From IMG/VR virus record IMGVR_UViG_3300025138_000176, positions 1-33,321 of that record: a DNA stretch of 33,321 bases, one strand, 5' to 3'. This stretch comes from a virus. Its lineage: Duplodnaviria; Caudoviricetes. Shown here in pieces: positions 25,477 to 33,321 of this stretch (its first letter is position 1; every line of letters begins with the position of its first letter). Below the pieces are notes generated by a model. It did no database searches. It was not told the DNA's origin and worked only from the letters and a program-made list of their open reading frames with translations. The translations under genes were made by a program, and so were the position numbers.

Positions 25477-25619
25477 AGAAACATAGTTTAGCTCAGACTC
25501 AAGCTTGGGCAAAAGAAAATGACTTAAGACAATTCATGCGGTTTGATCCAAAAGAACGAAAGAATAATTTTAAAAAAGATTATGGCAATCGAAGAAAGCC
25601 AAATTTCAGACCCAGGTAA
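25473..25619 (+). CDS. Small basic hypothetical protein (48 aa, MKKHSLAQ...NFRPR)
   Basis: ATGA overlap; fills the gap up to the late promoter. Confidence 0.6.
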   Translation: MKKHSLAQTQAWAKENDLRQFMRFDPKERKNNFKKDYGNRRKPNFRPR

Positions 25620-25632
25620 AATGTTAATCTAG

Positions 25633-25640
25633 TATAAATA
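25633..25640 (+). promoter_or_regulatory. T4-type late promoter (gp55)
   Basis: Exact TATAAATA 5 nt before ATG 25646. Confidence 0.82.
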
Positions 25641-25645
25641 GCTTT

Positions 25646-27037
25646 ATGCTTAGATTTAAAACATATCTGGAGGAGAAGATGGCAAATTTTGTCGCTATGA
25701 GTCCTGGTGAGTTTTTAAAACTCAACTCGCAAACAAGCGAAAGACGTATTGACATTCTTCGTCGCCTTATGAAAAATGGTGAAGCGATGCCGACAGTTGA
25801 CGGCGTCGAAATTGTAGTTAAAAACACACCTGAAAATATAGAAGCTATTGATCGTCTTGAAAAAGATAAAAAAACACAAATACTAGATACAAGTAAAGGC
25901 AAAATAGCTACTAATAAAATTGGTAAATCAAATGTATTTGGCGGAGGTGGTGGCGGATCTGGTGGCGGGTCTAAACAAACAGCCATGGCCGAAAGTTTAC
26001 AATGTCTTTATTGTGAATATATGGTAAACAACCCAAGAGCTACATTTGAATCTATTCAACCTTCTGATCTTGCTAACTCGATGAGTAAAGTTTCAATAGG
26101 TGGAACAAGTATGAACGATGCTGTGTCTTTAGATGCATCATGGCACTATTCATCTTATTGGACTGCAAAAGAATTATTACGTAAAAAATATATAAACTCT
26201 AGTATGACATTTCATCGTGACGACAAAGTGATGAAAACAATCTACAGTAAGAAGAAAGAAGCTCTTAAAAATTCAGGTATGGCAAACCTTAGTGATGACA
26301 AATGGAATCCAGGTGACATATGGGCAGTAACTTCTCAATCTGTAATTACTAGTTTACCAACAACATCTATTCAAGAACTTAACGCAAGCCTTGTTAAACT
26401 TTTTGACGAGAAAAAACTTGTTGGTATTTCTTTGAAAAAAATAATAAAATTTGAAAATATTAAATGTATAGTTAAAAATGAAGAACCAAATGCTAAAGTG
26501 TATAAATTTAAAGATGGCAGACTTATGGCATCATTTGCACGTAAAGCTTCTGAGTTTTGGAGAAGTAAATCAGGTGTAGTTGAGTTTGACGGTGGCAAAG
26601 CAGATCTTCGTACTTCATCACAATTTGCTGCAATTAACTTTGAAATTACATTGAAAACTGCGCGTGGTGGTAGAGCTGGATATGGACAAATTATCGAATC
26701 ATTAAGAAAAAGAGCTGGAAAAAAAGCACCTGATAACAAACAGCTGAAAAAGATAGCTGAGGATTTAAGTCAAAAAGCCGAAGGTTCAAGATATGCAAAT
26801 TTATTTTTTGCTATGGCTAAAAAAGTACATCCAACAATTCAAAAAAATGAATTCATGTCTGGTTTTTTAGAAAATAAACCGCATGAAATACACAGTAAAA
26901 TGGGTGCTACGTATGTGTTAAGTTGTTTATTTGAAAATAAAACTAATGGCAAAGCAGATAAGATAATTACTGATCTTGTTAACTATGCTGGATCAGAATT
27001 AGATATCTCATCAATTTACGCGAAGGTATACGAATAA
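25646..27037 (+). CDS. Probable head-internal protein with PD-(D/E)xK nuclease-like domain
   Basis: N-terminal MLRFKTYLEE, a Gly-rich linker, then TAMAES...DKWNPGDIW...LVGISLKK resembling a restriction-fold active site. Confidence 0.6.
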   Translation: MLRFKTYLEEKMANFVAMSPGEFLKLNSQTSERRIDILRRLMKNGEAMPTVDGVEIVVKNTPENIEAIDRLEKDKKTQILDTSKGKIATNKIGKSNVFGGGGGGSGGGSKQTAMAESLQCLYCEYMVNNPRATFESIQPSDLANSMSKVSIGGTSMNDAVSLDASWHYSSYWTAKELLRKKYINSSMTFHRDDKVMKTIYSKKKEALKNSGMANLSDDKWNPGDIWAVTSQSVITSLPTTSIQELNASLVKLFDEKKLVGISLKKIIKFENIKCIVKNEEPNAKVYKFKDGRLMASFARKASEFWRSKSGVVEFDGGKADLRTSSQFAAINFEITLKTARGGRAGYGQIIESLRKRAGKKAPDNKQLKKIAEDLSQKAEGSRYANLFFAMAKKVHPTIQKNEFMSGFLENKPHEIHSKMGATYVLSCLFENKTNGKADKIITDLVNYAGSELDISSIYAKVYE

Positions 27038-28266
27038 TGTTAAATTTCGAAAATTTTATTACTGAACAAAAAAATACTCACATGACTCATATTGAAGATA
27101 AAGTTATTTATGGTGGAGTCAATGGCGCACGTGAAGCAATATTAGCACTTCGTTCTTTACGCGACATGTTAGCTGGTGAGAAAGACGGAAACGTATCTGT
27201 TAAATGGGATGGAGCACCTGCAGTGTTTGCAGGTACAGATCCTTCAGATGGTAAATTTTTTGTAGCTAAAAAAGGTATATTTAATAAGAATCCAAAAGTT
27301 TATAAAACACCAAAAGATGTTGATGATGATACATCAGGTGATCTTAACAAGAAACTTAAACTTGCTCTAGAGCTTTTGCCAGAGTTAGGTATCAAAGGAG
27401 TAATACAAGGTGATTTTGTTTTTGGCCCAGGAGATATTAAAACATCTAGAATTAAAGGAAAGTCCTATATTACGTTCCACCCCAATACAATTGTTTATGC
27501 AATACCATCTGGCACGGAGATGGCCAAGCAAATCAAGGCAGCAAAAATTGGAGTTGTATGGCATACGGAGTACAAAGGACGAACATTTGAAACGATGAAA
27601 GCTTCGTATAATTTCAACGCAAGTAAATTAAAGAAATCAAAAAACGTTTGGTCGCAAGATGCTCAGCTTGGCGACGCAACTTCAGCTACTATGTCAGCAA
27701 AAGAAACAGCAGAAGTAAATGAATATTTAAGTTTAGCTGGTAGAACATTTAACAAAATTGCTGGCAGTGCGTTAAGACAAATAGAAAACAATGAAAAGTT
27801 ATCTCAGCATATTGAAACTCACGGTAACAAATATGTAAGAGCTGGTCAATTACCGCCTGATCCAAAGAAAAGAGTTGCTGCGCTGATCAAATTTATTCAA
27901 GATAAATACCAAAAAGAAATTGATAAACGTTCTAGTGAAAAAGGCAAATTAGCTCAACAAGGTAAATTAGATGATATTTTAAAATTCTTTTCAAATGAAA
28001 ATAAAACTAGTTTAGAAATGGTGTTTGAATTGCAACGAGCTATAGTTCTAGCGAAATTAAAACTTATAAATAGATTAAACAAGATTTCAAATTTGAAAAC
28101 ATTTTTGAAAACAAAAAGAGGTTATCGTACTACAGGCCAAGAAGGTTATGTAGCTATTGATAAGCTTGGTGGTGATGCAGTGAAAATTGTTGATCGTATG
28201 GAATTCTCATATGCCAACTTTTCACCCAATATATTAAAAGGATGGGATACACCAGGGAGATCGTAA
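27037..28266 (+). CDS. Probable head-internal protein with ATP-dependent ligase/capping-type nucleotidyltransferase motifs
   Basis: N-terminal MLNFENFITE; KWDG (motif I), IQGDF (III), QEGYV (IV) and AVKIV (V). Confidence 0.65.
   Translation: MLNFENFITEQKNTHMTHIEDKVIYGGVNGAREAILALRSLRDMLAGEKDGNVSVKWDGAPAVFAGTDPSDGKFFVAKKGIFNKNPKVYKTPKDVDDDTSGDLNKKLKLALELLPELGIKGVIQGDFVFGPGDIKTSRIKGKSYITFHPNTIVYAIPSGTEMAKQIKAAKIGVVWHTEYKGRTFETMKASYNFNASKLKKSKNVWSQDAQLGDATSATMSAKETAEVNEYLSLAGRTFNKIAGSALRQIENNEKLSQHIETHGNKYVRAGQLPPDPKKRVAALIKFIQDKYQKEIDKRSSEKGKLAQQGKLDDILKFFSNENKTSLEMVFELQRAIVLAKLKLINRLNKISNLKTFLKTKRGYRTTGQEGYVAIDKLGGDAVKIVDRMEFSYANFSPNILKGWDTPGRS
28065..28072 (+). promoter_or_regulatory. Possible internal late promoter
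   Basis: Exact TATAAATA inside the CDS, about 190 nt before ATG 28266. It could be chance in AT-rich DNA. Confidence 0.45.
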
Positions 28267-28847
28267 TGGCTTTAAAAAGCTTTAGAGATATCGTGCATGA
28301 ATTAAAAATGAAGCGCGATAAAAAATTACCAAATTTAAAAACACCTGTTAAAGGTCCAAAAGGTACTAGTAGATTTTCACGATTTAAGTCTGCAAGTAAA
28401 AGTACCACAAGCTCTGCATCTTTAGGAACAAAGAACGCGTTATCAGCTGGTACTGAATATCCTACAGAAGAATCAGTTGACGAAGCTACATGGCCAGATG
28501 AAATGCCTAATGAAGATGTTGATGTAGATGAAGAACTTTCTATTTCAGCTAGACGTAAACTTTCTAGATTGATGAAACGACGTAAGACTCAGCTTAAAAG
28601 ATCTCGTTTACGCGCTAGAAAACGTATGGCTAAAACTGATGTGTTGAAAAAACGTGCTAGACGTGGAGCTAGAGCTGATGCAGCTAAAAAATTGGCAAAA
28701 GGAAAAGATAAAAAAGATTTATCAATAGCAATGAAAAAGAGCCTTGAAAAACGTTTGGCAATGCCAGCTGTGCAAAGAAGAATTAAAACAATGACAAGGC
28801 GAATGATGCCAACTAAACGTAAGCTGGAGATCTCGCGAAAAAGATGA
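28266..28847 (+). CDS. Highly basic probable head-internal/core protein
   Basis: MALKSFRDIVHE start at the TAATG overlap, acidic VDE linkers, and an Arg/Lys-rich C-terminal half. Confidence 0.72.
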   Translation: MALKSFRDIVHELKMKRDKKLPNLKTPVKGPKGTSRFSRFKSASKSTTSSASLGTKNALSAGTEYPTEESVDEATWPDEMPNEDVDVDEELSISARRKLSRLMKRRKTQLKRSRLRARKRMAKTDVLKKRARRGARADAAKKLAKGKDKKDLSIAMKKSLEKRLAMPAVQRRIKTMTRRMMPTKRKLEISRKR

Positions 28848-29956
28848 TTACAAGTTTTAAAAATTATTTAAGTGAAGAAGAAAAGGTTGTTTATTTTACC
28901 TTTGGTAGAATGAATCCACCAACTGTTGGTCATGAAAAACTTTTAAATAAGTTATCGTCTGCAGCAAAATCAAATCCATATCGAATTTATTTGTCTCAAA
29001 CAAAAGATGGAAAAAAGAATCCATTAGACTATAAGAAAAAAATTAAGTATTCGAGAAAGATGTTTCCTAAACACGCACGTTCTATTATGCTAGATACAAA
29101 AGTAAAAAGTGTGTTTGATATTTCTACAAAACTTTATGATGAAGGATTTAAAAAAGTTATAATGGTCGTGGGTTCTGATAGAACTACAGAATTTGAAACA
29201 CTTTTAAATAAGTACAATGGTAAAAAAGGCAGACACGGATTTTATAATTTTCAAGGCATTAATGTAATATCAGCAGGTGATAGAGATCCTGACGCTGATG
29301 ATGTATCAGGTATGTCAGCATCAAAGATGCGTAAAGCAGCAAGTGATGGAGACTTTCCTCAATTTGTTCAAGGTTTACCAAAGTCTATTTCAAATCCTGA
29401 CGCTAAAAACATATACAACGATGTTCGAAAAGGTATGGGTCTAAAAGAACAAAAAGAATTTAAAAACCATATTCAGTTAGAAACTAGTGCAGCCCGTGAA
29501 AATTACATAGCCGGAAAATATCAAGCTGGAGATCAAGTAGTAATTAAAGAAACAGATGTAGTGGCAACAGTTATAAGACGTGGATCAAATTATTTGATCG
29601 TTGAGTCAAATGGTCAAGTAATGAGAAAATGGATTGATGCTGTTGAAGCAATTGGCGAATATTATAAATATGATTTTGGAACACCTGAAGCAACTAAGTA
29701 CGCAAAGAAAATGACACCAGGATATGAAGCACGTCAAGATCCAGATATTAAAGATCGAAAAGGAGCTCAACCTGCAGGTTACCATACAGGCTTAAAAAAA
29801 TCTACAAAAATTAAAAGAGATGCTCAGTTTAAGAAACAAGGTAAAATGAGAGACGATGATCCTAATGCTTATAAACCAGCACCAGGAGATAAAGGCGCCA
29901 AAACAAAATTAAGTAAGCACACTAAGAAATTTAAACAAATGTTTGGAGACGATTAA
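28844..29956 (+). CDS. Cytidyltransferase-like (TxGH, NMNAT-fold) protein typical of marine T4-like phages
   Basis: FTFGRMNPPTVGHEKL, KNPL, MVVGSDR and SGMSASKMR; N-terminal MITSFKNYLSEE. Confidence 0.82.
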   Translation: MITSFKNYLSEEEKVVYFTFGRMNPPTVGHEKLLNKLSSAAKSNPYRIYLSQTKDGKKNPLDYKKKIKYSRKMFPKHARSIMLDTKVKSVFDISTKLYDEGFKKVIMVVGSDRTTEFETLLNKYNGKKGRHGFYNFQGINVISAGDRDPDADDVSGMSASKMRKAASDGDFPQFVQGLPKSISNPDAKNIYNDVRKGMGLKEQKEFKNHIQLETSAARENYIAGKYQAGDQVVIKETDVVATVIRRGSNYLIVESNGQVMRKWIDAVEAIGEYYKYDFGTPEATKYAKKMTPGYEARQDPDIKDRKGAQPAGYHTGLKKSTKIKRDAQFKKQGKMRDDDPNAYKPAPGDKGAKTKLSKHTKKFKQMFGDD

Positions 29957-30216
29957 TGAAATTCAAAGATTACATCGACGAAGATGCAACAGCTGGCTTA
30001 AAGAAGAAAGCTGAAAAGTCTGGAATGCCATTAAGCGTTCTTAGATCAGTTTATAACCGTGGCTTAGCAGCTTGGAAGACAGGACACCGACCAGGGACTA
30101 CTCCACAACAATGGGGTTTTGCAAGAGTAAATTCATTTGTAACAAAATCAAGTGGAACTTGGGGTAAAGCTGATAAAGATTTAGCTGCAAAGGTAAGAGG
30201 AAGTAAAAAGAAATGA
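29956..30216 (+). CDS. Conserved small virion-type protein (VYNRG.AAW.TGHRPG...QQW..ARV.SF family)
   Basis: Motif familiar from large DNA viruses and T4-like phages; N-terminal MKFKDYIDE. Confidence 0.78.
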   Translation: MKFKDYIDEDATAGLKKKAEKSGMPLSVLRSVYNRGLAAWKTGHRPGTTPQQWGFARVNSFVTKSSGTWGKADKDLAAKVRGSKKK

Positions 30217-30452
30217 AAACAATGAAAGAAATTATAGGAGATTTAAGATCTCGATTATATACACTGCCGGAAGTCGAAGATAATCTTGAAGAAGATCGTA
30301 AAGCAGGTAAATATAAAAAAGGCGAAATCATTGTTTCTGGCCAATGGCCAAATCCTGATCAATGGGCTAAAGAATATATTATGCCTAATGTAGATAAAAA
30401 AGGTGTACGTATATATTCAACAGGACCATCATTTAAAATAGAAAAATTATAG
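30213..30452 (+). CDS. Hypothetical late protein
   Basis: 79-aa ORF with ATGA overlap and an internal LEE site. Confidence 0.72.
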   Translation: MKTMKEIIGDLRSRLYTLPEVEDNLEEDRKAGKYKKGEIIVSGQWPNPDQWAKEYIMPNVDKKGVRIYSTGPSFKIEKL

Positions 30453-30461
30453 GAGTAGAAA

Positions 30462-31802
30462 ATGCCATTGAAAGTATCAGATGGAATAGGATCGTGGGTC
30501 AAAGATTTTCAAAAGTCTAAAGCTCCACAATTTAAAGGTAAAAATGACGAAGAGCGTAGAGATATGGCTATAGCAGCGTATCTTTCTGCAAAGCGTGGTC
30601 CAGAAAAAGAAGAAACTGTTAGACAAGAAGCTATGTCTGCTGCTGATAAAGCTGCTCATGATAAAGCGATCGCTGCATTTAAAGCTAAAGGTGGTAAAGT
30701 TAAAAAGCTTAAGCCAGGTTATGCTCAAGGATATCACGGTAAAGATGATCTCGGAACTGGAATGCATGGTATGTTAGACCGTGGAGATTCAAAAGCAATT
30801 GGTACTCGTAAAAAAGCAGCATCAATGGGAGCATTACGTAATAGTTATATGGAATCCATGGATCCAAAAATGCGTAAAGTAAAGCAATTAGCTACTCTTG
30901 GTCTAGTCGGCAAATCTGATGTTATGAAACTTCTAACAGCTATGAAATCAATTAGTGATGGTAAGGAAGTTAAACCTCAAAATCGTAAGATTATATTCAG
31001 CGCTTTTGCTGATTTAATTGATCTAGTAACTGGCGACACTGCAGTATTTCAAAAAGCAAAGAAAGCTGTAAAAGAAGAACACGATCCAAAACACATAAAA
31101 CAAGCAATTGGTATTGCATCTGATCCTAGGTATGCAAAAGGTAATATGACTGGTGCTGTTAAAACTATGAATAAACTTTCCAAAGGTATTCATAAGCATC
31201 CTCAAGTTGCAGCAGTACTTAGAAAACAAAATGAAGCACTTGACAAGAAAGATACTGATTCAGTTAAGAAAGTTATTAAAGGTCTTAAAGGCGCAGTAAA
31301 AGCTCATTCAGGCCAAGTTAAATCTTTAACTAAAGATATTAAAGATGACGTACAAGTAAAAGAGATCTCAAAGAACCTTGCAAGAAAATATGTAAATAAA
31401 GCTGCAATAGACTTATTTCATAAAGGACAAGCTCAAGGTGCAGCTGATACGATAGCTAAAGCTGGTGGTAAACATCCAGATCAAAAATATACAGGTGGAC
31501 CTGAATTTAAAGGTGCACGAAGAGTTGGTGGCATACAAAGAGCAACACGAAAGCTTATGAAAAAAGAAGCATACACAACATCAGCTGATAGAAAACCTGA
31601 AAATGTTACAGGTCCAGATGGTAAAGTAAGAGTTCGAATGGTACCGGTAAGAAAAAAATCTGCAGAATCAACTATTGGATATGGTAAAGCTATGGTTAAA
31701 ACTCAAAGAGATCAAAAGAAAGCTTTAATTACACCAAAAGATAAGAGCACTCTTGGAAAATTAGCTTCACTTATGGCAAAACAACCAAAGAGGAAATCGT
31801 GA
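30462..31802 (+). CDS. Lys-rich modular probable head-internal protein
   Basis: AGGAG RBS; short modules separated by x-x-E sites (VRQE, YME, VKEE, QNE, VKE). Confidence 0.72.
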   Translation: MPLKVSDGIGSWVKDFQKSKAPQFKGKNDEERRDMAIAAYLSAKRGPEKEETVRQEAMSAADKAAHDKAIAAFKAKGGKVKKLKPGYAQGYHGKDDLGTGMHGMLDRGDSKAIGTRKKAASMGALRNSYMESMDPKMRKVKQLATLGLVGKSDVMKLLTAMKSISDGKEVKPQNRKIIFSAFADLIDLVTGDTAVFQKAKKAVKEEHDPKHIKQAIGIASDPRYAKGNMTGAVKTMNKLSKGIHKHPQVAAVLRKQNEALDKKDTDSVKKVIKGLKGAVKAHSGQVKSLTKDIKDDVQVKEISKNLARKYVNKAAIDLFHKGQAQGAADTIAKAGGKHPDQKYTGGPEFKGARRVGGIQRATRKLMKKEAYTTSADRKPENVTGPDGKVRVRMVPVRKKSAESTIGYGKAMVKTQRDQKKALITPKDKSTLGKLASLMAKQPKRKS

Positions 31803-32053
31803 TAAAATTTAAAGATTTTCAAGAAGGAAAGAAAGGTTCAACTGATGCGCCGAAAGGTCCTGAGTCTTTTGAAGCACAATATAAACGTCGGCTTGTAAAA
31901 ACCACAGACCCTGAACATAAAGAAAAAGGTTATGAGTGGAGAATCAAAGGAAAAAAGAATAGTTCTTTGACTAAAAAACTATATAAGAAAAAACCAAATC
32001 AGGGTGAATTCAATAGTCAAATGAGAAGGATCGCTGCTTATGAGTTTGGATAA
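31799..32053 (+). CDS. Small basic probable head-internal protein
   Basis: GTG start after GAGGA; MIKFKDFQE. Confidence 0.72.
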   Translation: MIKFKDFQEGKKGSTDAPKGPESFEAQYKRRLVKTTDPEHKEKGYEWRIKGKKNSSLTKKLYKKKPNQGEFNSQMRRIAAYEFG

Positions 32054-32396
32054 ATTTAAAGAGTTTCGTGAAGACGAGATTGATAATATTTGTGAAAGTA
32101 TGTACAATGATCTTGAACTTGAAGAAGCTGAGTTCAAAGGAAAAAAAGTTACATTGAACGATCCTATTCGTACTTCTGAAAACCCGAATAAAAAATTTAA
32201 AGTCTATGTTAAAGGCGAAAAAGGTAACGTAGTAGTGGTAAGATTTGGCGATCCAAATATGAGTATAAAACGCGATGATCCAGCAAGACGTAAGTCTTTT
32301 AGAGCCAGACATAATTGTGATAATCCCGGGCCAAAATATAAGGCACGGTACTGGTCTTGTTATCAATGGAGGGCTTCAGCCCCTGTTGACAACTAA
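32040..32396 (+). CDS. Conserved phage protein (RFGDPNM...RRKSFRARHxC...YWSC family)
   Basis: Motif recurrent in marine phages; N-terminal MSLDKFKEFRE. Confidence 0.78.
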   Translation: MSLDKFKEFREDEIDNICESMYNDLELEEAEFKGKKVTLNDPIRTSENPNKKFKVYVKGEKGNVVVVRFGDPNMSIKRDDPARRKSFRARHNCDNPGPKYKARYWSCYQWRASAPVDN

Positions 32397-32704
32397 TGGA
32401 AATAAAACAAAGGCAAAATATTAAGATGGCAAACACTACGGCACAACGACTAGATCGTATTGAAGAAAAAATTGATAAACTTGCTGAAGCAATGATATCA
32501 CTAGCTCGAGCAGAAGAAAGAATTTCATCGATTGCAGAAATGCAGTCGCATCAAACTGAGCGATTAAATAGATTATCTGGAAAGATAGACGATATCGCGG
32601 CTCAAGCCGCGGAAAACACTAGGACGGTCCAACTGATAAATAAACTGTTCTGGGTAGTAATTATGGCCGCTACGGCTGCAATTGCTAGTAATATCTGGAT
32701 GTAG
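32396..32704 (+). CDS. Coiled-coil protein with C-terminal TM helix (XhlA/holin-like architecture)
   Basis: RLDRIEEKIDKL heptads and a hydrophobic tail. The start may be 32426. Confidence 0.7.
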   Translation: MEIKQRQNIKMANTTAQRLDRIEEKIDKLAEAMISLARAEERISSIAEMQSHQTERLNRLSGKIDDIAAQAAENTRTVQLINKLFWVVIMAATAAIASNIWM

Positions 32705-32715
32705 GAGTAAAACAG

Positions 32716-33321
32716 ATGCATAATTCATATAAAAAAACTATATATGGTGTTCGGGCCGCACTAGAAAATATGGCTCAAGGAGTTGATGAATCAACAAAGT
32801 ATCATATACCAGAAGACATTCCTCAAAATGAAAGAACTGCTTTCCATGGAGCTGCAGCTGCAGCCGCAAAATCCGGTAAGAAATCTTTTAATTTCGGTGG
32901 AAAGACTCATCCGGTCACTATGAAAAAAGATACTGCAAACGCAATTGCAGATCAAAAAGAAGAAAAAGTGAATGAGGATCCTGCTCATTACGCAGCTATT
33001 GCAAAAGCAAATGATAGAAAGCAAGCTGAACGTGATAAAGCAGATCCTGAAGGCGCAAAAAAAAGAAAAGCTGGACAAGCAGCAATCCAGAAAAAATTTA
33101 GTAAGAATCCAGTAAAACCTGCAGATATTGGTAGGCACTCAGGCCAAGCTGGTGGATCTTTTGTTGGCAGAAGAAATGAAGAAACAATTCAAACAGAAGC
33201 AACGCACACCACTGATTATTTTACAGGACATAAACACGCAGAAAGAGCTGGTATGAAAGTTAAGGTACACAGTAAAGGTGCAGATGGAGATAACGTAACT
33301 GTATCTCATGCAGATCCTAAA
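32716..33321 (+). CDS. Probable head-internal modular protein (3'-truncated by window edge)
   Basis: AGGAG RBS; frame open to the window end (MHNSYKKTIYGVRAALENMAQGVDES...) with VDE, VNE and QTE sites. Confidence 0.75.
   Translation, partial: MHNSYKKTIYGVRAALENMAQGVDESTKYHIPEDIPQNERTAFHGAAAAAAKSGKKSFNFGGKTHPVTMKKDTANAIADQKEEKVNEDPAHYAAIAKANDRKQAERDKADPEGAKKRKAGQAAIQKKFSKNPVKPADIGRHSGQAGGSFVGRRNEETIQTEATHTTDYFTGHKHAERAGMKVKVHSKGADGDNVTVSHADPK

Noticed and set aside
25624-25986. Minus-strand Pro-rich ORF and the other antisense or alternate-frame ORFs in the track
   Set aside because: They are shadows of well-supported genes (the poly-Pro mirrors the Gly linker), with no RBS or motifs.

Overview
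An AT-rich segment of a T4-like (myovirus) phage genome, probably infecting an alphaproteobacterium, as judged by its alpha-type two-piece tmRNA. All family calls come from motif recognition by eye; no database search was run. Left half: the replication core (gp43 polymerase, UvsX, gp41 helicase, ThyX and an AEP-type primase-like gene) interleaved with a cytosine-hypermodification cluster. That cluster holds a gp42-type dCMP hydroxymethylase, dCMP deaminase, a mini-UDG, a T4 beta-glucosyltransferase-like enzyme, UDP-glucose dehydrogenase, a UDP-glucuronate 4-epimerase-like enzyme, a TagD-like cytidylyltransferase and a C5-methyltransferase with a degenerate SAM motif. Together these predict uronic-acid-decorated hmC. 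Middle: an RNA-rich island with back-to-back late promoters, a glutamine (glnA-type) riboswitch ahead of a 31-aa peptide, and a circularly permuted tmRNA whose intervening segment holds a complete membrane-peptide ORF. It is followed by auxiliary genes (DadA-like, GNAT, SufT-like). Several early genes sit behind near-identical promoter/RBS cassettes. Right end: a late block of probable head-internal proteins sharing a T4 capsid-targeting-like N-terminus, including nuclease-like, ligase-like and nucleotidyltransferase-like enzymes.
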